Part shown: positions 31,954 through 39,972 of the stretch, one piece after another
Position numbering within the stretch: position 1 is the first letter of the stretch
Layout of the letters: each line of letters begins with the position of its first letter
IMG/VR virus record: IMGVR_UViG_2791355306_000002
Span: 2,603-66,602 of that record
Strand: one strand, 5' to 3'
Length of the DNA: 64,000 nt
Origin: a virus
Lineage: Duplodnaviria; Caudoviricetes
Position numbers and translations under genes: made by a program
The notes under the pieces: generated by a model
Seen by the model: only the letters and a program-made list of their open reading frames with translations
Told to the model about the DNA's origin: nothing
Databases searched by the model: none

Positions 31954-32892
31954 TTAAAGAACTACGATATCTTCATCTCCAGGAGTTGGTGAAGTATTCT
32001 CACTGCTACCTTCATCAGGGATAATTACCTCACTTTCACCACTATCTTGTGTATTCTGGGTTTGTGATTCTTCACCACCATTTCCTGTAACTTCAGGACC
32101 AAAAGATACTACTGGACCTACTCTATCAAACCCTTCATCGGTCCCTTGATTTTCATTTTGTGTTTCATCAGTTGTACCAGTTTGGGTATCTGTACCAGTA
32201 GTTGTATCAGTAGTATCAGTATCTTCTGTAGGATTTTGAGTACCCTCATCTTCACCAATAACTACTACATCTTCTTCTTCTTGATTGTCTGCTGGAGGAG
32301 TTGTAGGGTCAGCATCTTGTGTAGTATCATTTTGATTCTCATCTTCACCACCAACTACTATTACTTCACCATCACCACCATTTTCACCCTCTGCTGGTGG
32401 AGTTACTGCTGGTGGAGTAGGATTATCACTTTCTTCATCTTTAGGTGGAGTATCAGTACCTTCTTGGTTATTACCTTGATTGTTTCCTTGATTTACATTT
32501 ACATTTCCTTGATTAGTTGTTATATTCTCTAATCCAGGGATTGTAATATTGATATTAATATTATTATCACTACCTTTGTTATCTTCTTTATCTGAAGTAC
32601 AGTCACATTGTGGATATTTAATATCAAGTGTTGGTGGAGTTATTGTAGATATATCAGGTTTATCTTCTTCACTTACATCTTCTATCTTTATACTGCTTTG
32701 TTGAAACTGTGTTCTTAATATAGAATTTAAAGTAAATACCCCATACTCTACATTAGGTTTTAACTGATAACCTTTTTCTTGTATAAACTTCTCATATTCT
32801 CTCTCACTATCAAAAGTAATAGTATGAGGTCTTTCTACATAACTTCCTGCATAGTGTAGTATTATTTGCTTTGCCATTAAATCACCTCCCAA
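31954..32892 (-). CDS. Acidic low-complexity virion-module protein
   Basis: D/E/T/G/P-rich disordered C-terminal two thirds. Confidence 0.6.
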   Translation of the reverse strand: MGGDLMAKQIILHYAGSYVERPHTITFDSEREYEKFIQEKGYQLKPNVEYGVFTLNSILRTQFQQSSIKIEDVSEEDKPDISTITPPTLDIKYPQCDCTSDKEDNKGSDNNININITIPGLENITTNQGNVNVNQGNNQGNNQEGTDTPPKDEESDNPTPPAVTPPAEGENGGDGEVIVVGGEDENQNDTTQDADPTTPPADNQEEEDVVVIGEDEGTQNPTEDTDTTDTTTGTDTQTGTTDETQNENQGTDEGFDRVGPVVSFGPEVTGNGGEESQTQNTQDSGESEVIIPDEGSSENTSPTPGDEDIVVL

Positions 32893-34253
32893 TTGTGATC
32901 ATATACAGCATTGAATGCTGCTACTTTATTTAATATCTCTTTTAGTTTATCTACTGTAGTATTTACAGCTTCCATCTTTACATCTAGTTCAGTCATTCTT
33001 GCTGAATGTTCTACTAACTCTTGTCTTATCTCATCTATATCTCTTTTAACATCTATTTTAAATAGGTCTAAATCTTGATGTAAGGTAGCTATCTTTTGTA
33101 ACTCTAAATCTATTTTTAAATCTAATCCTTCAATTTGAGGATTAATAGTATTAAAGATAGAATCTCTAATGAGTTCAGGATCAATAGTAGCTATCTTATT
33201 TTCTAATTCAGAGACTTTATTATGAGTACTAAGCTCCACAGCAGCAAACTTCTTAAGAAGTGATTTTTCAGCTTGTCCTAAATCAAAACTAAACTGTTCA
33301 TGAGTCTTAGCTAGATCTCTTTCAAATTTACTTACACCTTCTTTAAGATAAGTATGTTCTTCCATCATCTTAATCTTAAAATCAACTAAGGCTTTATCTA
33401 CATCTAATACACTCTCTCTTAGTTTTAATGATTCATTAAAGAAGTGATTGTAAGCTTCTTGTAACTTCTCTAATCTCTCATCAGCTACTTCTGTAAATTC
33501 CTCTTTTAGATCCTGAGCCATCTTATTCATTTGAAATTTAAACTCTTGGAGTGTATCAGGAAGAGTCTGAACAACAGTTACTAACTCTTTTGCTAAATCT
33601 ATATACTCTATAAATTTCCTTAGATCAGGATACATAGTAACTGTCTCTTGGAATAGATTAGCATTTAGATTAAAGAATCTCAATAATTCTAAATTCTGAG
33701 CTACTATCTCTACAGCTAACATATGTAAAGCTACAAGATTAATATCATCTAAATTTGCTTCTACATTATTTAAACTACTCATAGTATTTACTATCTCAAG
33801 TAGTTTATCTTTTACATTATTTACACCAATTACATGTTCTCTAATATCATATAAAAATCGTAGTTCATCAACATTATTACCTAACTCAATCAATGTATCT
33901 ACATTCTCAGCAGCTCTAACTATATCATCAATACTATTAGCTAAAACATCTAGTTCATCACTAATAGGTATAAGTCTCTTCATTGATGATTTCATAGATA
34001 TTACTGTATCTAGCTTATCATCTATAGCAAGTACTGATTTTATAGAAGAAAGATCATTAGCTACATTTTTAATTGATAGAAGTGATCCAGCTACTTTATC
34101 TATAGTATCTATATTAGTAGCCACTACTCTTAAATTAGCTGAATCCTCTGTTCTTAAAACTACGACATCTTTTACTTGTGGAGTTGTATCCACTACATGT
34201 CCTCCATCTCCTGTAGTAGGAGTAGGAACACTATTTAAAGACATCTTTGCCAT
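32877..34253 (-). CDS. Coiled-coil tail appendage protein
   Basis: 458 aa, VAxNIxxI repeats then heptads. Confidence 0.55.
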   Translation of the reverse strand: MAKMSLNSVPTPTTGDGGHVVDTTPQVKDVVVLRTEDSANLRVVATNIDTIDKVAGSLLSIKNVANDLSSIKSVLAIDDKLDTVISMKSSMKRLIPISDELDVLANSIDDIVRAAENVDTLIELGNNVDELRFLYDIREHVIGVNNVKDKLLEIVNTMSSLNNVEANLDDINLVALHMLAVEIVAQNLELLRFFNLNANLFQETVTMYPDLRKFIEYIDLAKELVTVVQTLPDTLQEFKFQMNKMAQDLKEEFTEVADERLEKLQEAYNHFFNESLKLRESVLDVDKALVDFKIKMMEEHTYLKEGVSKFERDLAKTHEQFSFDLGQAEKSLLKKFAAVELSTHNKVSELENKIATIDPELIRDSIFNTINPQIEGLDLKIDLELQKIATLHQDLDLFKIDVKRDIDEIRQELVEHSARMTELDVKMEAVNTTVDKLKEILNKVAAFNAVYDHNWEVI

Positions 34254-35021
34254 CTATATAAATCCTTTCAAATCTTTAAACTCCCAAGATTGTGGAATAA
34301 TAGCTCCACTAGCTTGAGCTTTTTGTATCTCTTGATTGTATGCAGACAATACACTAGGATAGAATTGTCTAATACCTTCAATACCTGAAAGACCAGTTAT
34401 AATCTTCAAAGTTACAAAACTATACAATACATCTAGTAAAGTATCTGGCAAATCCAACTCTTCATCAAGAGCCGATACAAGACATAAAGTTGGCTTTGGT
34501 TTATATTTAACATAGAGTATATCTCCTTCTTTAATGTGAGGAAAAAACAGAGTCTCTTGATCAATAGCAAAAACATTCTCTTGATTTATAATAAATGAAT
34601 CCCTAGGATCATCACTACTAATACTAAGAATTTTCATTACTTGATCATGTCTTGTTTTAAAGATATCTTTGTTTTGTAAGTTGTTATCTAAAAGGATAGA
34701 CTCTTTTAGATTCTTATCTAGTTCTATAGCTGCTTTTAAAAGTTCTGATTTACTTTTATATTCAGCTTTGATACTACACTCAGCTAATTTAGAGTAACTA
34801 GCCATAATAACATTAGGGTCACTATTGTTGATTTTAAATGTAGTCCTAAAAGCAGGAACTAAAACAATAGCTTGTTCAAACCTTATATTAAATAACCCAT
34901 GAAGTGTAAATATACCCTCATTAATTATATTAATTAGGTCATCATCTCCCATCTGTCTTTGTGTGGTGATGTTTGGTAGAGTATTTACTCTTAAGTTTGT
35001 TAGAACTTGTGATACAGTCAT
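34254..35021 (-). CDS. Head-tail adaptor (N4 gp67-like)
   Basis: Position after terminase; INEGIFTLH and ELDLPDTLL segments. Confidence 0.6.
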   Translation of the reverse strand: MTVSQVLTNLRVNTLPNITTQRQMGDDDLINIINEGIFTLHGLFNIRFEQAIVLVPAFRTTFKINNSDPNVIMASYSKLAECSIKAEYKSKSELLKAAIELDKNLKESILLDNNLQNKDIFKTRHDQVMKILSISSDDPRDSFIINQENVFAIDQETLFFPHIKEGDILYVKYKPKPTLCLVSALDEELDLPDTLLDVLYSFVTLKIITGLSGIEGIRQFYPSVLSAYNQEIQKAQASGAIIPQSWEFKDLKGFI

Positions 35022-35053
35022 CTTACTATCCTTATTATTTAAATAACAAAGGG

Positions 35054-35062
35054 ATTATATCA
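35054..35062 (-). promoter_or_regulatory. Extended -10 (TGATATAAT) for the tail/lysis operon
   Basis: Exact TGnTATAAT. Confidence 0.65.
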
Positions 35063-35106
35063 TAAAATTTAATTTTTACTTAAAAGTAAATACTTATATT
35101 ATTTTT

Positions 35107-36729
35107 CTAAAAGATATAAGGGTTCTTTCCTTCATCTTCCATTGGAGGTAAATTCTCTTTTCTATACTCTTTTCCTATAGAGTAATTAGCTGATGGTTTA
35201 TATGCTTCAAAACTAGCTAACATACTAATGGTATCAAGAACATCATCATGTTTAGATTTAAATCCACTACTACTAGCTTTACTGAGTTCATCTAAAGCTT
35301 CATTCATCCACTCACCATCTTTTAACTCATTAGGTAACCATAACTTCTTAGCTTTAATCCTAGGTAAGAATAGATTAAATCTAGCAAATTTATCTGCTAT
35401 TGGTCTTATACCAGCATTGCCATCATTATTACTACTAACTAGATTAAAAAATACATTTCTTTTAATCATCTCACTTTGTACCCAGCTTACAAATCCTCTT
35501 TGCTGACCACTTATTTCTATACCTACTCCAAGGGGTTTATACACACTAGCTAACACAAACAGATCATTAATATTCTTATCCATTAGCTGTTTTTTACATA
35601 CTCCATCAACTAATAGATAATCTCCATTATTGTTTATAGCCCATACACTTATAACACTATAATCACTACTACTTTTCTCACTAGTAGCAAAGTCTGTGGT
35701 AATATAAAAGTTATAATTCCTTCTATACTTAAGTACATCAGCTCTATCATACCAAACTATATCTTCATCTCTTACAATTCTATTTTCATCACTCATAATT
35801 TGTAACATCAACTCTTGATAAAAACTATCTACCTTACCTAAGCTCAAAGCCTCTTTATAACTACTATTTACATAATCATAATCAAACCTATCCTCCCAAC
35901 TACCTTTAAACTCTTCTTTACTGCAAGGAAATTTCTCACACACAGGGAAACAAGCAACCTCATAGCTGCCACTCTCTACAGCCTTATATAGTGGATCATT
36001 AGCATTAAATGGAGTACCTAGCCATATAACTTTATGTTTCTTAGGGTGTAAGGCATACTTAACAGCTTTATGTATAACATCTTCAATACTACTAATGATA
36101 GTCTCACTTCTAGCATCTTCATCAGCTATGATATCATCAATGATAGCTAACTGTGGTCTTACTCCTAGCTCTTTAGCTCCCCTTACACCAGACTTAGCTC
36201 CAAATAATCTTAAAACAAAATGATCACCTCTGACATTAGCAAACTCTATCCTAACATCAGTAAATTTTCTACCAGCAGAGATATCTACATCATCACCATT
36301 TTCATCAGCATACTTAACAGCTTTATTAGGTATCATCTTTTGTAAGAACTCACTATTTTGGTATCTAAACTCTATATTCTTTCTTAAACTCTTTACACCA
36401 TTATCTATACTATCAGCTATATACATAGCAAAATTTACTTTACCAAAACTTCCAGGCATTCTACCAAAACAAGCAATAAACAAAAACAACATCTCAGCAA
36501 ATAAAGTAGATTTAGCAAATCCCCTATGACACATAATAGCTATAGACTCTTTAGAACTAAAAGCTTTATCTAAAGCTACTAGATGAACAGCAGGAGTTTT
36601 ATTCTCTACCTTACCATCTTCACACATATGCATAAAGTTTATAAACTCTAAAGTAGCTTGAGTAGGTTTATAGTTCTTTAACTTCTCATAATCTACTTCA
36701 TTTAAATAATCACTAACACTCTTAGCCAT
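35107..36729 (-). CDS. terL: Terminase large subunit
   Basis: HRGFAKST Walker A, AIIDD Walker B, LGTP, TTDFA and HDDVLD nuclease motifs. Confidence 0.95.
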   Translation of the reverse strand: MAKSVSDYLNEVDYEKLKNYKPTQATLEFINFMHMCEDGKVENKTPAVHLVALDKAFSSKESIAIMCHRGFAKSTLFAEMLFLFIACFGRMPGSFGKVNFAMYIADSIDNGVKSLRKNIEFRYQNSEFLQKMIPNKAVKYADENGDDVDISAGRKFTDVRIEFANVRGDHFVLRLFGAKSGVRGAKELGVRPQLAIIDDIIADEDARSETIISSIEDVIHKAVKYALHPKKHKVIWLGTPFNANDPLYKAVESGSYEVACFPVCEKFPCSKEEFKGSWEDRFDYDYVNSSYKEALSLGKVDSFYQELMLQIMSDENRIVRDEDIVWYDRADVLKYRRNYNFYITTDFATSEKSSSDYSVISVWAINNNGDYLLVDGVCKKQLMDKNINDLFVLASVYKPLGVGIEISGQQRGFVSWVQSEMIKRNVFFNLVSSNNDGNAGIRPIADKFARFNLFLPRIKAKKLWLPNELKDGEWMNEALDELSKASSSGFKSKHDDVLDTISMLASFEAYKPSANYSIGKEYRKENLPPMEDEGKNPYIF

Positions 36730-36732
36730 ACT

Positions 36733-37527
36733 CTACTCCAATACTTCTAACATTTCAGCTTCTATAAAGTTATCCTTAGCATTAGCTACCTCTTCACTAC
36801 TAACTCCAAGGCTAATTAACTCTTGTTGTTTTCTAGCCATATTCTTTAACATCTCTTCCATTTGTGATACTTCATCATTACCTTTAGATTTAATATTTAC
36901 CTCTACTTGAATTCCTTCAGGTGGTCTAACATGAGTTAAGAAGATATTACAAGCATTAATTCTATCTCTACTAGCTTTAGCAGTCATAGCTTCTTCATAT
37001 AACTTCTCTACTATCTTATACCTATAACCTTGATACATCAGATACAAAGGCATCTCTGATTGAACTAAGATATTTTTAACCATATCAGTCTTACGATACC
37101 TTGAAGCAGCTGAATATAAATTCTTATACTCTTGAGTTTCATATCCTTTATCAGGATCAGCTTCTATAGCTTTTAGAGCTTTTTGCACTACTTCTCTACT
37201 TCTAAATGTTTTAATATATGATTCAGTAACATTTCCTCCACTAGTTTCCATATAACTACAAAATCTAATAGCATTTACATATACTTCTAGATTTACATTT
37301 TTCTTATTAAGTAGTGTATCTTGATACTCTATTAATACATCTTTAAACTTATATCCATCAAATTCTGGATCACTTATAGTAGCATTAATCATATCTACTA
37401 CTTCATCAGTTACTATTAACTCTTTAGACTTTCTAGTACCATTAAAGAACCAATCTTTAATCTCTTCAGCACTATACTCTTTTGTAGGTTTCTTAACCAA
37501 ATTTAACCCTACTTTATACTCAGCCAT
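36733..37527 (-). CDS. N4 gp69-like protein, putative terminase small subunit
   Basis: Immediately upstream of terL; YVNAIRFCSY. Confidence 0.6.
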   Translation of the reverse strand: MAEYKVGLNLVKKPTKEYSAEEIKDWFFNGTRKSKELIVTDEVVDMINATISDPEFDGYKFKDVLIEYQDTLLNKKNVNLEVYVNAIRFCSYMETSGGNVTESYIKTFRSREVVQKALKAIEADPDKGYETQEYKNLYSAASRYRKTDMVKNILVQSEMPLYLMYQGYRYKIVEKLYEEAMTAKASRDRINACNIFLTHVRPPEGIQVEVNIKSKGNDEVSQMEEMLKNMARKQQELISLGVSSEEVANAKDNFIEAEMLEVLE

Positions 37528-37562
37528 ATTGTTATCCTTTATAGTTATTTCAATTTTGTTAC

Positions 37563-37571
37563 ATTATAACA
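37563..37571 (-). promoter_or_regulatory. Extended -10 (TGTTATAAT) for the packaging operon
   Basis: Exact TGnTATAAT. Confidence 0.65.
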
Positions 37572-37680
37572 TAATCTTTATATTGATATTTAATACATTA
37601 TTGAGCTTGTTATTTAACCTAGGGGGTTATTTCTCTCTTTCTTTTTCTTTTTTTTTGTTTTTAGGTAATTGTTTGAGAGT

Positions 37681-37776
37681 GTAGAGACAAAGTTGTATTG
37701 AAAAATTTTATTATTTTTTGTGGAGGGTAATGTAGGACAAATTTGTATTGAAAAATTTTATTTTGGTTTGAGGGTA
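37681..37776. repeat. Imperfect ~50-bp tandem duplication
   Basis: Core TTGTATTGAAAAATTTTATT in both copies, flanked by GACAAA and GAGGGTA. Confidence 0.85.
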
Positions 37777-37825
37777 GTACTCACCCTCTAAATCTTGGAG
37801 TGAGTTGATTCCCCCCTCACTCTGC

Positions 37826-37847
37826 AGAAAAAAGAATTCTTTTTTCT
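37826..37847. repeat. Perfect 22-bp palindrome AGAAAAAAGAATTCTTTTTTCT
   Basis: Read directly. Confidence 0.9.
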
Positions 37848-37959
37848 AACACTCACTATTCGTTCGTGTGTGTTTGAGTAGTGGAGATTATAAAAATAAA
37901 TCCAACATCTCCCTTTACACTCTAGTCTTCATCGAGTGTATTGAATGAAAGGAAAGAAG

Positions 37960-38190
37960 ATGAAGAAAGTAGATATCACTTTGGCTCAAAGAGCCAATAA
38001 GGCAGTAGCTAATGGTTTAGAAACCACTAGCAGTGTTTTAGATGTGATTGCTCTATCTGCTAGAGCAACCAGAGATTTAGCATTTGTTGCAGCTGCAAGA
38101 GCTGCAACCTTGGCAAATGCTGAGAAGGTTGATATAGAAACCTTTAGAAGTATCGATGCCAAAGTTGATGCTGCTTTGGGAAGGATTTAA
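37960..38190 (+). CDS. First early gene, Ala-rich helical protein
   Basis: AAAGGA SD favours the ATG at 37960 over 37945. Confidence 0.7.
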   Translation: MKKVDITLAQRANKAVANGLETTSSVLDVIALSARATRDLAFVAAARAATLANAEKVDIETFRSIDAKVDAALGRI

Positions 38191-38191
38191 A

Positions 38192-38299
38192 ATGAGTATA
38201 AAAGATTTACATACTATAAAAGTAATCCTAAGAAATACCAGTATAAAATCTGTAAAAGATTTTGTAGAATTCTATAAAAGATTTTATCTCAAAGATTAA
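38192..38299 (+). CDS. 35-aa early peptide (MSIKDLHTIKVILRNTSIKSVKDFVEFYKRFYLKD)
   Basis: AAGGA SD, followed by a terminator. Confidence 0.55.
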   Translation: MSIKDLHTIKVILRNTSIKSVKDFVEFYKRFYLKD

Positions 38300-38305
38300 C
38301 AATTT

Positions 38306-38346
38306 CCCTATCACTGCTATCCAGCAGTGGTAGGGATATTTTTTTA
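38306..38346 (+). terminator. Intrinsic terminator
   Basis: CCCTATCACTGCT-ATCC-AGCAGTGGTAGGG then T run. Confidence 0.75.
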
Positions 38347-38366
38347 TTTATATATTTATATATTTT

Positions 38367-38414
38367 TTCTACAACACAACTACACATTTTCTACACACGC
38401 TACACAACTACACA
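38367..38414. repeat. Cluster of CTACAC/CTACAAC short repeats
   Basis: Five copies in under 50 bp, another near 38472. Confidence 0.75.
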
Positions 38415-38591
38415 GTCTGCTCAGATAGTTTTGTTTCTTGTATCAGTTTCTCTCCCTCTCATTGTTTTTTCCTACACCATTTTCTCCTTCATCACTGCAA
38501 GTATCTGTCTTGGCTTTGCTTGGAGTGGTTTCTTTGTTTGAGTTGTGGCAATTTCTAATTGCTAAAAAATTAATTTATTAAGGAGTGAATT

Positions 38592-38909
38592 ATGGCATTC
38601 AATAGAAATACAACACCAAGCAGAAACATCGTTGCTGAGATATTAAAATCAGCTAAATCAGATTTTCTCTATCTATTTGGTGGAGAAAGACTATCTCGTG
38701 ATGAAGTCCTTCAAGTCATTGAAGGCATAAATGCTATGGGCAAATCTATCAAAGCATTTATTAACAGACCAAGAGATCTTGGTCAAGTACCAGGTAATCT
38801 ATTTTACCTTGACTCTGCTGAAGATCTCGAAATAGCAGAGTCATTCGGCAGAGAAAACTCTGCTCATATCATCAATCTGATGATAGTTCATAACCCTAAG
38901 AGGAGCTAA
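38592..38909 (+). CDS. Early protein, possibly N4 gp2-like transcription cofactor
   Basis: AAGGAG SD; function by position only. Confidence 0.4.
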   Translation: MAFNRNTTPSRNIVAEILKSAKSDFLYLFGGERLSRDEVLQVIEGINAMGKSIKAFINRPRDLGQVPGNLFYLDSAEDLEIAESFGRENSAHIINLMIVHNPKRS

Positions 38910-38942
38910 AGCTTCCCCTTAGGGGATTAAAAATTTAACGGC

Positions 38943-39035
38943 AGTTAGTTTAGTAAGCTACCTTAATAAATCTTATCTTTCTTAATTCCTTTCGATTCCT
39001 TTCAATACACTCAAAGGTAGCTTATTAAACTAACT
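38943..39035 (+). ncRNA. 22-bp stem with 49-nt loop antisense to the TIR of gene 37960
   Basis: Arms 38943-38964/39014-39035 with one G-U pair; loop 39001-39012 is the reverse complement of 37934-37945. Confidence 0.6.
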
Positions 39036-39056
39036 AATTTAAACAAGGAGAAAAAC

Positions 39057-39281
39057 ATGAAAAAAGGTATTCTAGTCAAACTAGGAATAATCTTAGACCC
39101 TTTAGTCCATGCAGCTGAGATAATGGCTACAAAAGCTAAAGACCTTAGAGATACAGTAGTAGAAGATACTATTGTAAATCACAGCAAAAAGGACACAAAA
39201 ATAACTGATCAAATGGTCCAAGAATACATCTATCATTCTAAGAGAATGGATGATATGATGGATAAGATTTTCAACAGATAA
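39057..39281 (+). CDS. Early hypothetical protein
   Basis: AAGGAG SD, 74 aa. Confidence 0.7.
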   Translation: MKKGILVKLGIILDPLVHAAEIMATKAKDLRDTVVEDTIVNHSKKDTKITDQMVQEYIYHSKRMDDMMDKIFNR

Positions 39282-39293
39282 TAGGAGAAAAAC

Positions 39294-39347
39294 ATGTCAG
39301 CAAGATATATCTTAGATTTCGATGATGAACTACTAATCATCGAATAG
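39294..39347 (+). CDS. 17-aa acidic micro-peptide (MSARYILDFDDELLIIE)
   Basis: Same AGGAGAAAAACATG start context as gene 39057. Confidence 0.5.
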   Translation: MSARYILDFDDELLIIE

Positions 39348-39350
39348 TTT

Positions 39351-39388
39351 TAATTGAGTAAGCAATAGCTTACTCAATTATTTTTTTA
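39351..39388 (+). terminator. Intrinsic terminator
   Basis: TAATTGAGTAAGC-AATA-GCTTACTCAATTA plus T run. Confidence 0.75.
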
Positions 39389-39415
39389 AATGTCAGAAAG
39401 TTAAAGGAGAATAAA

Positions 39416-39922
39416 ATGTACTATGAATTCGACAATGGAAATAAATATAGTAAAAATAAATACAGCCTTGAAGAGGCAGAGCAACTTAATGCTACTCTAA
39501 ACCATTGTTCTAACTGTATAGATTGCAGTTACTGTACAGACTGTGGTTCTTGTGAGAACTGTCATACTTGTATAAACTGTTGTAGCTGTATAGATAGTAC
39601 AAACTTAGAAAATTGTATAAATTGTGGAGATTGTGAGTATCTCTACCGATCAAGTAATTGTTATAACTGTACAAATAGTCAGAATTTAGAACGATGCAGG
39701 AATTGTAATGAATGTAATGATTGTAGTGATTGTATAAATTGCTGTCTCACAAATAACTCTAAAGGTTGTAAAAGTTGTCTATACTCTGAAAATCTTAGAA
39801 ACTGTAGAGATTGTATAGATTGTCAAAATTGTACCAATTGTATAGATTGTCAAAAATGTAAATCTGTTAGCAATAGAGCTATGTACATAAGAAATATTAG
39901 CATGATGACTGCTTATAGTTAG
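39416..39922 (+). CDS. (Cxx)n cysteine-repeat protein, copy 1
   Basis: Cys at every third position over most of the protein. Confidence 0.85.
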   Translation: MYYEFDNGNKYSKNKYSLEEAEQLNATLNHCSNCIDCSYCTDCGSCENCHTCINCCSCIDSTNLENCINCGDCEYLYRSSNCYNCTNSQNLERCRNCNECNDCSDCINCCLTNNSKGCKSCLYSENLRNCRDCIDCQNCTNCIDCQKCKSVSNRAMYIRNISMMTAYS

Positions 39923-39972
39923 CAGTCATCTGCTACTTATTTTAAAATATCAGAAAGTTTAAAAGGAAAAAC

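Noticed and set aside
16842-35506. Plus-strand ORFs at 16842, 21524, 21865, 22943, 23074, 24766, 32146 and 35228
   Set aside because: Overlap well-supported minus-strand genes or their promoter regions
37681-38414. CRISPR mini-array
   Set aside because: Repeats are two degenerate copies or 6-7-mers without regular spacers
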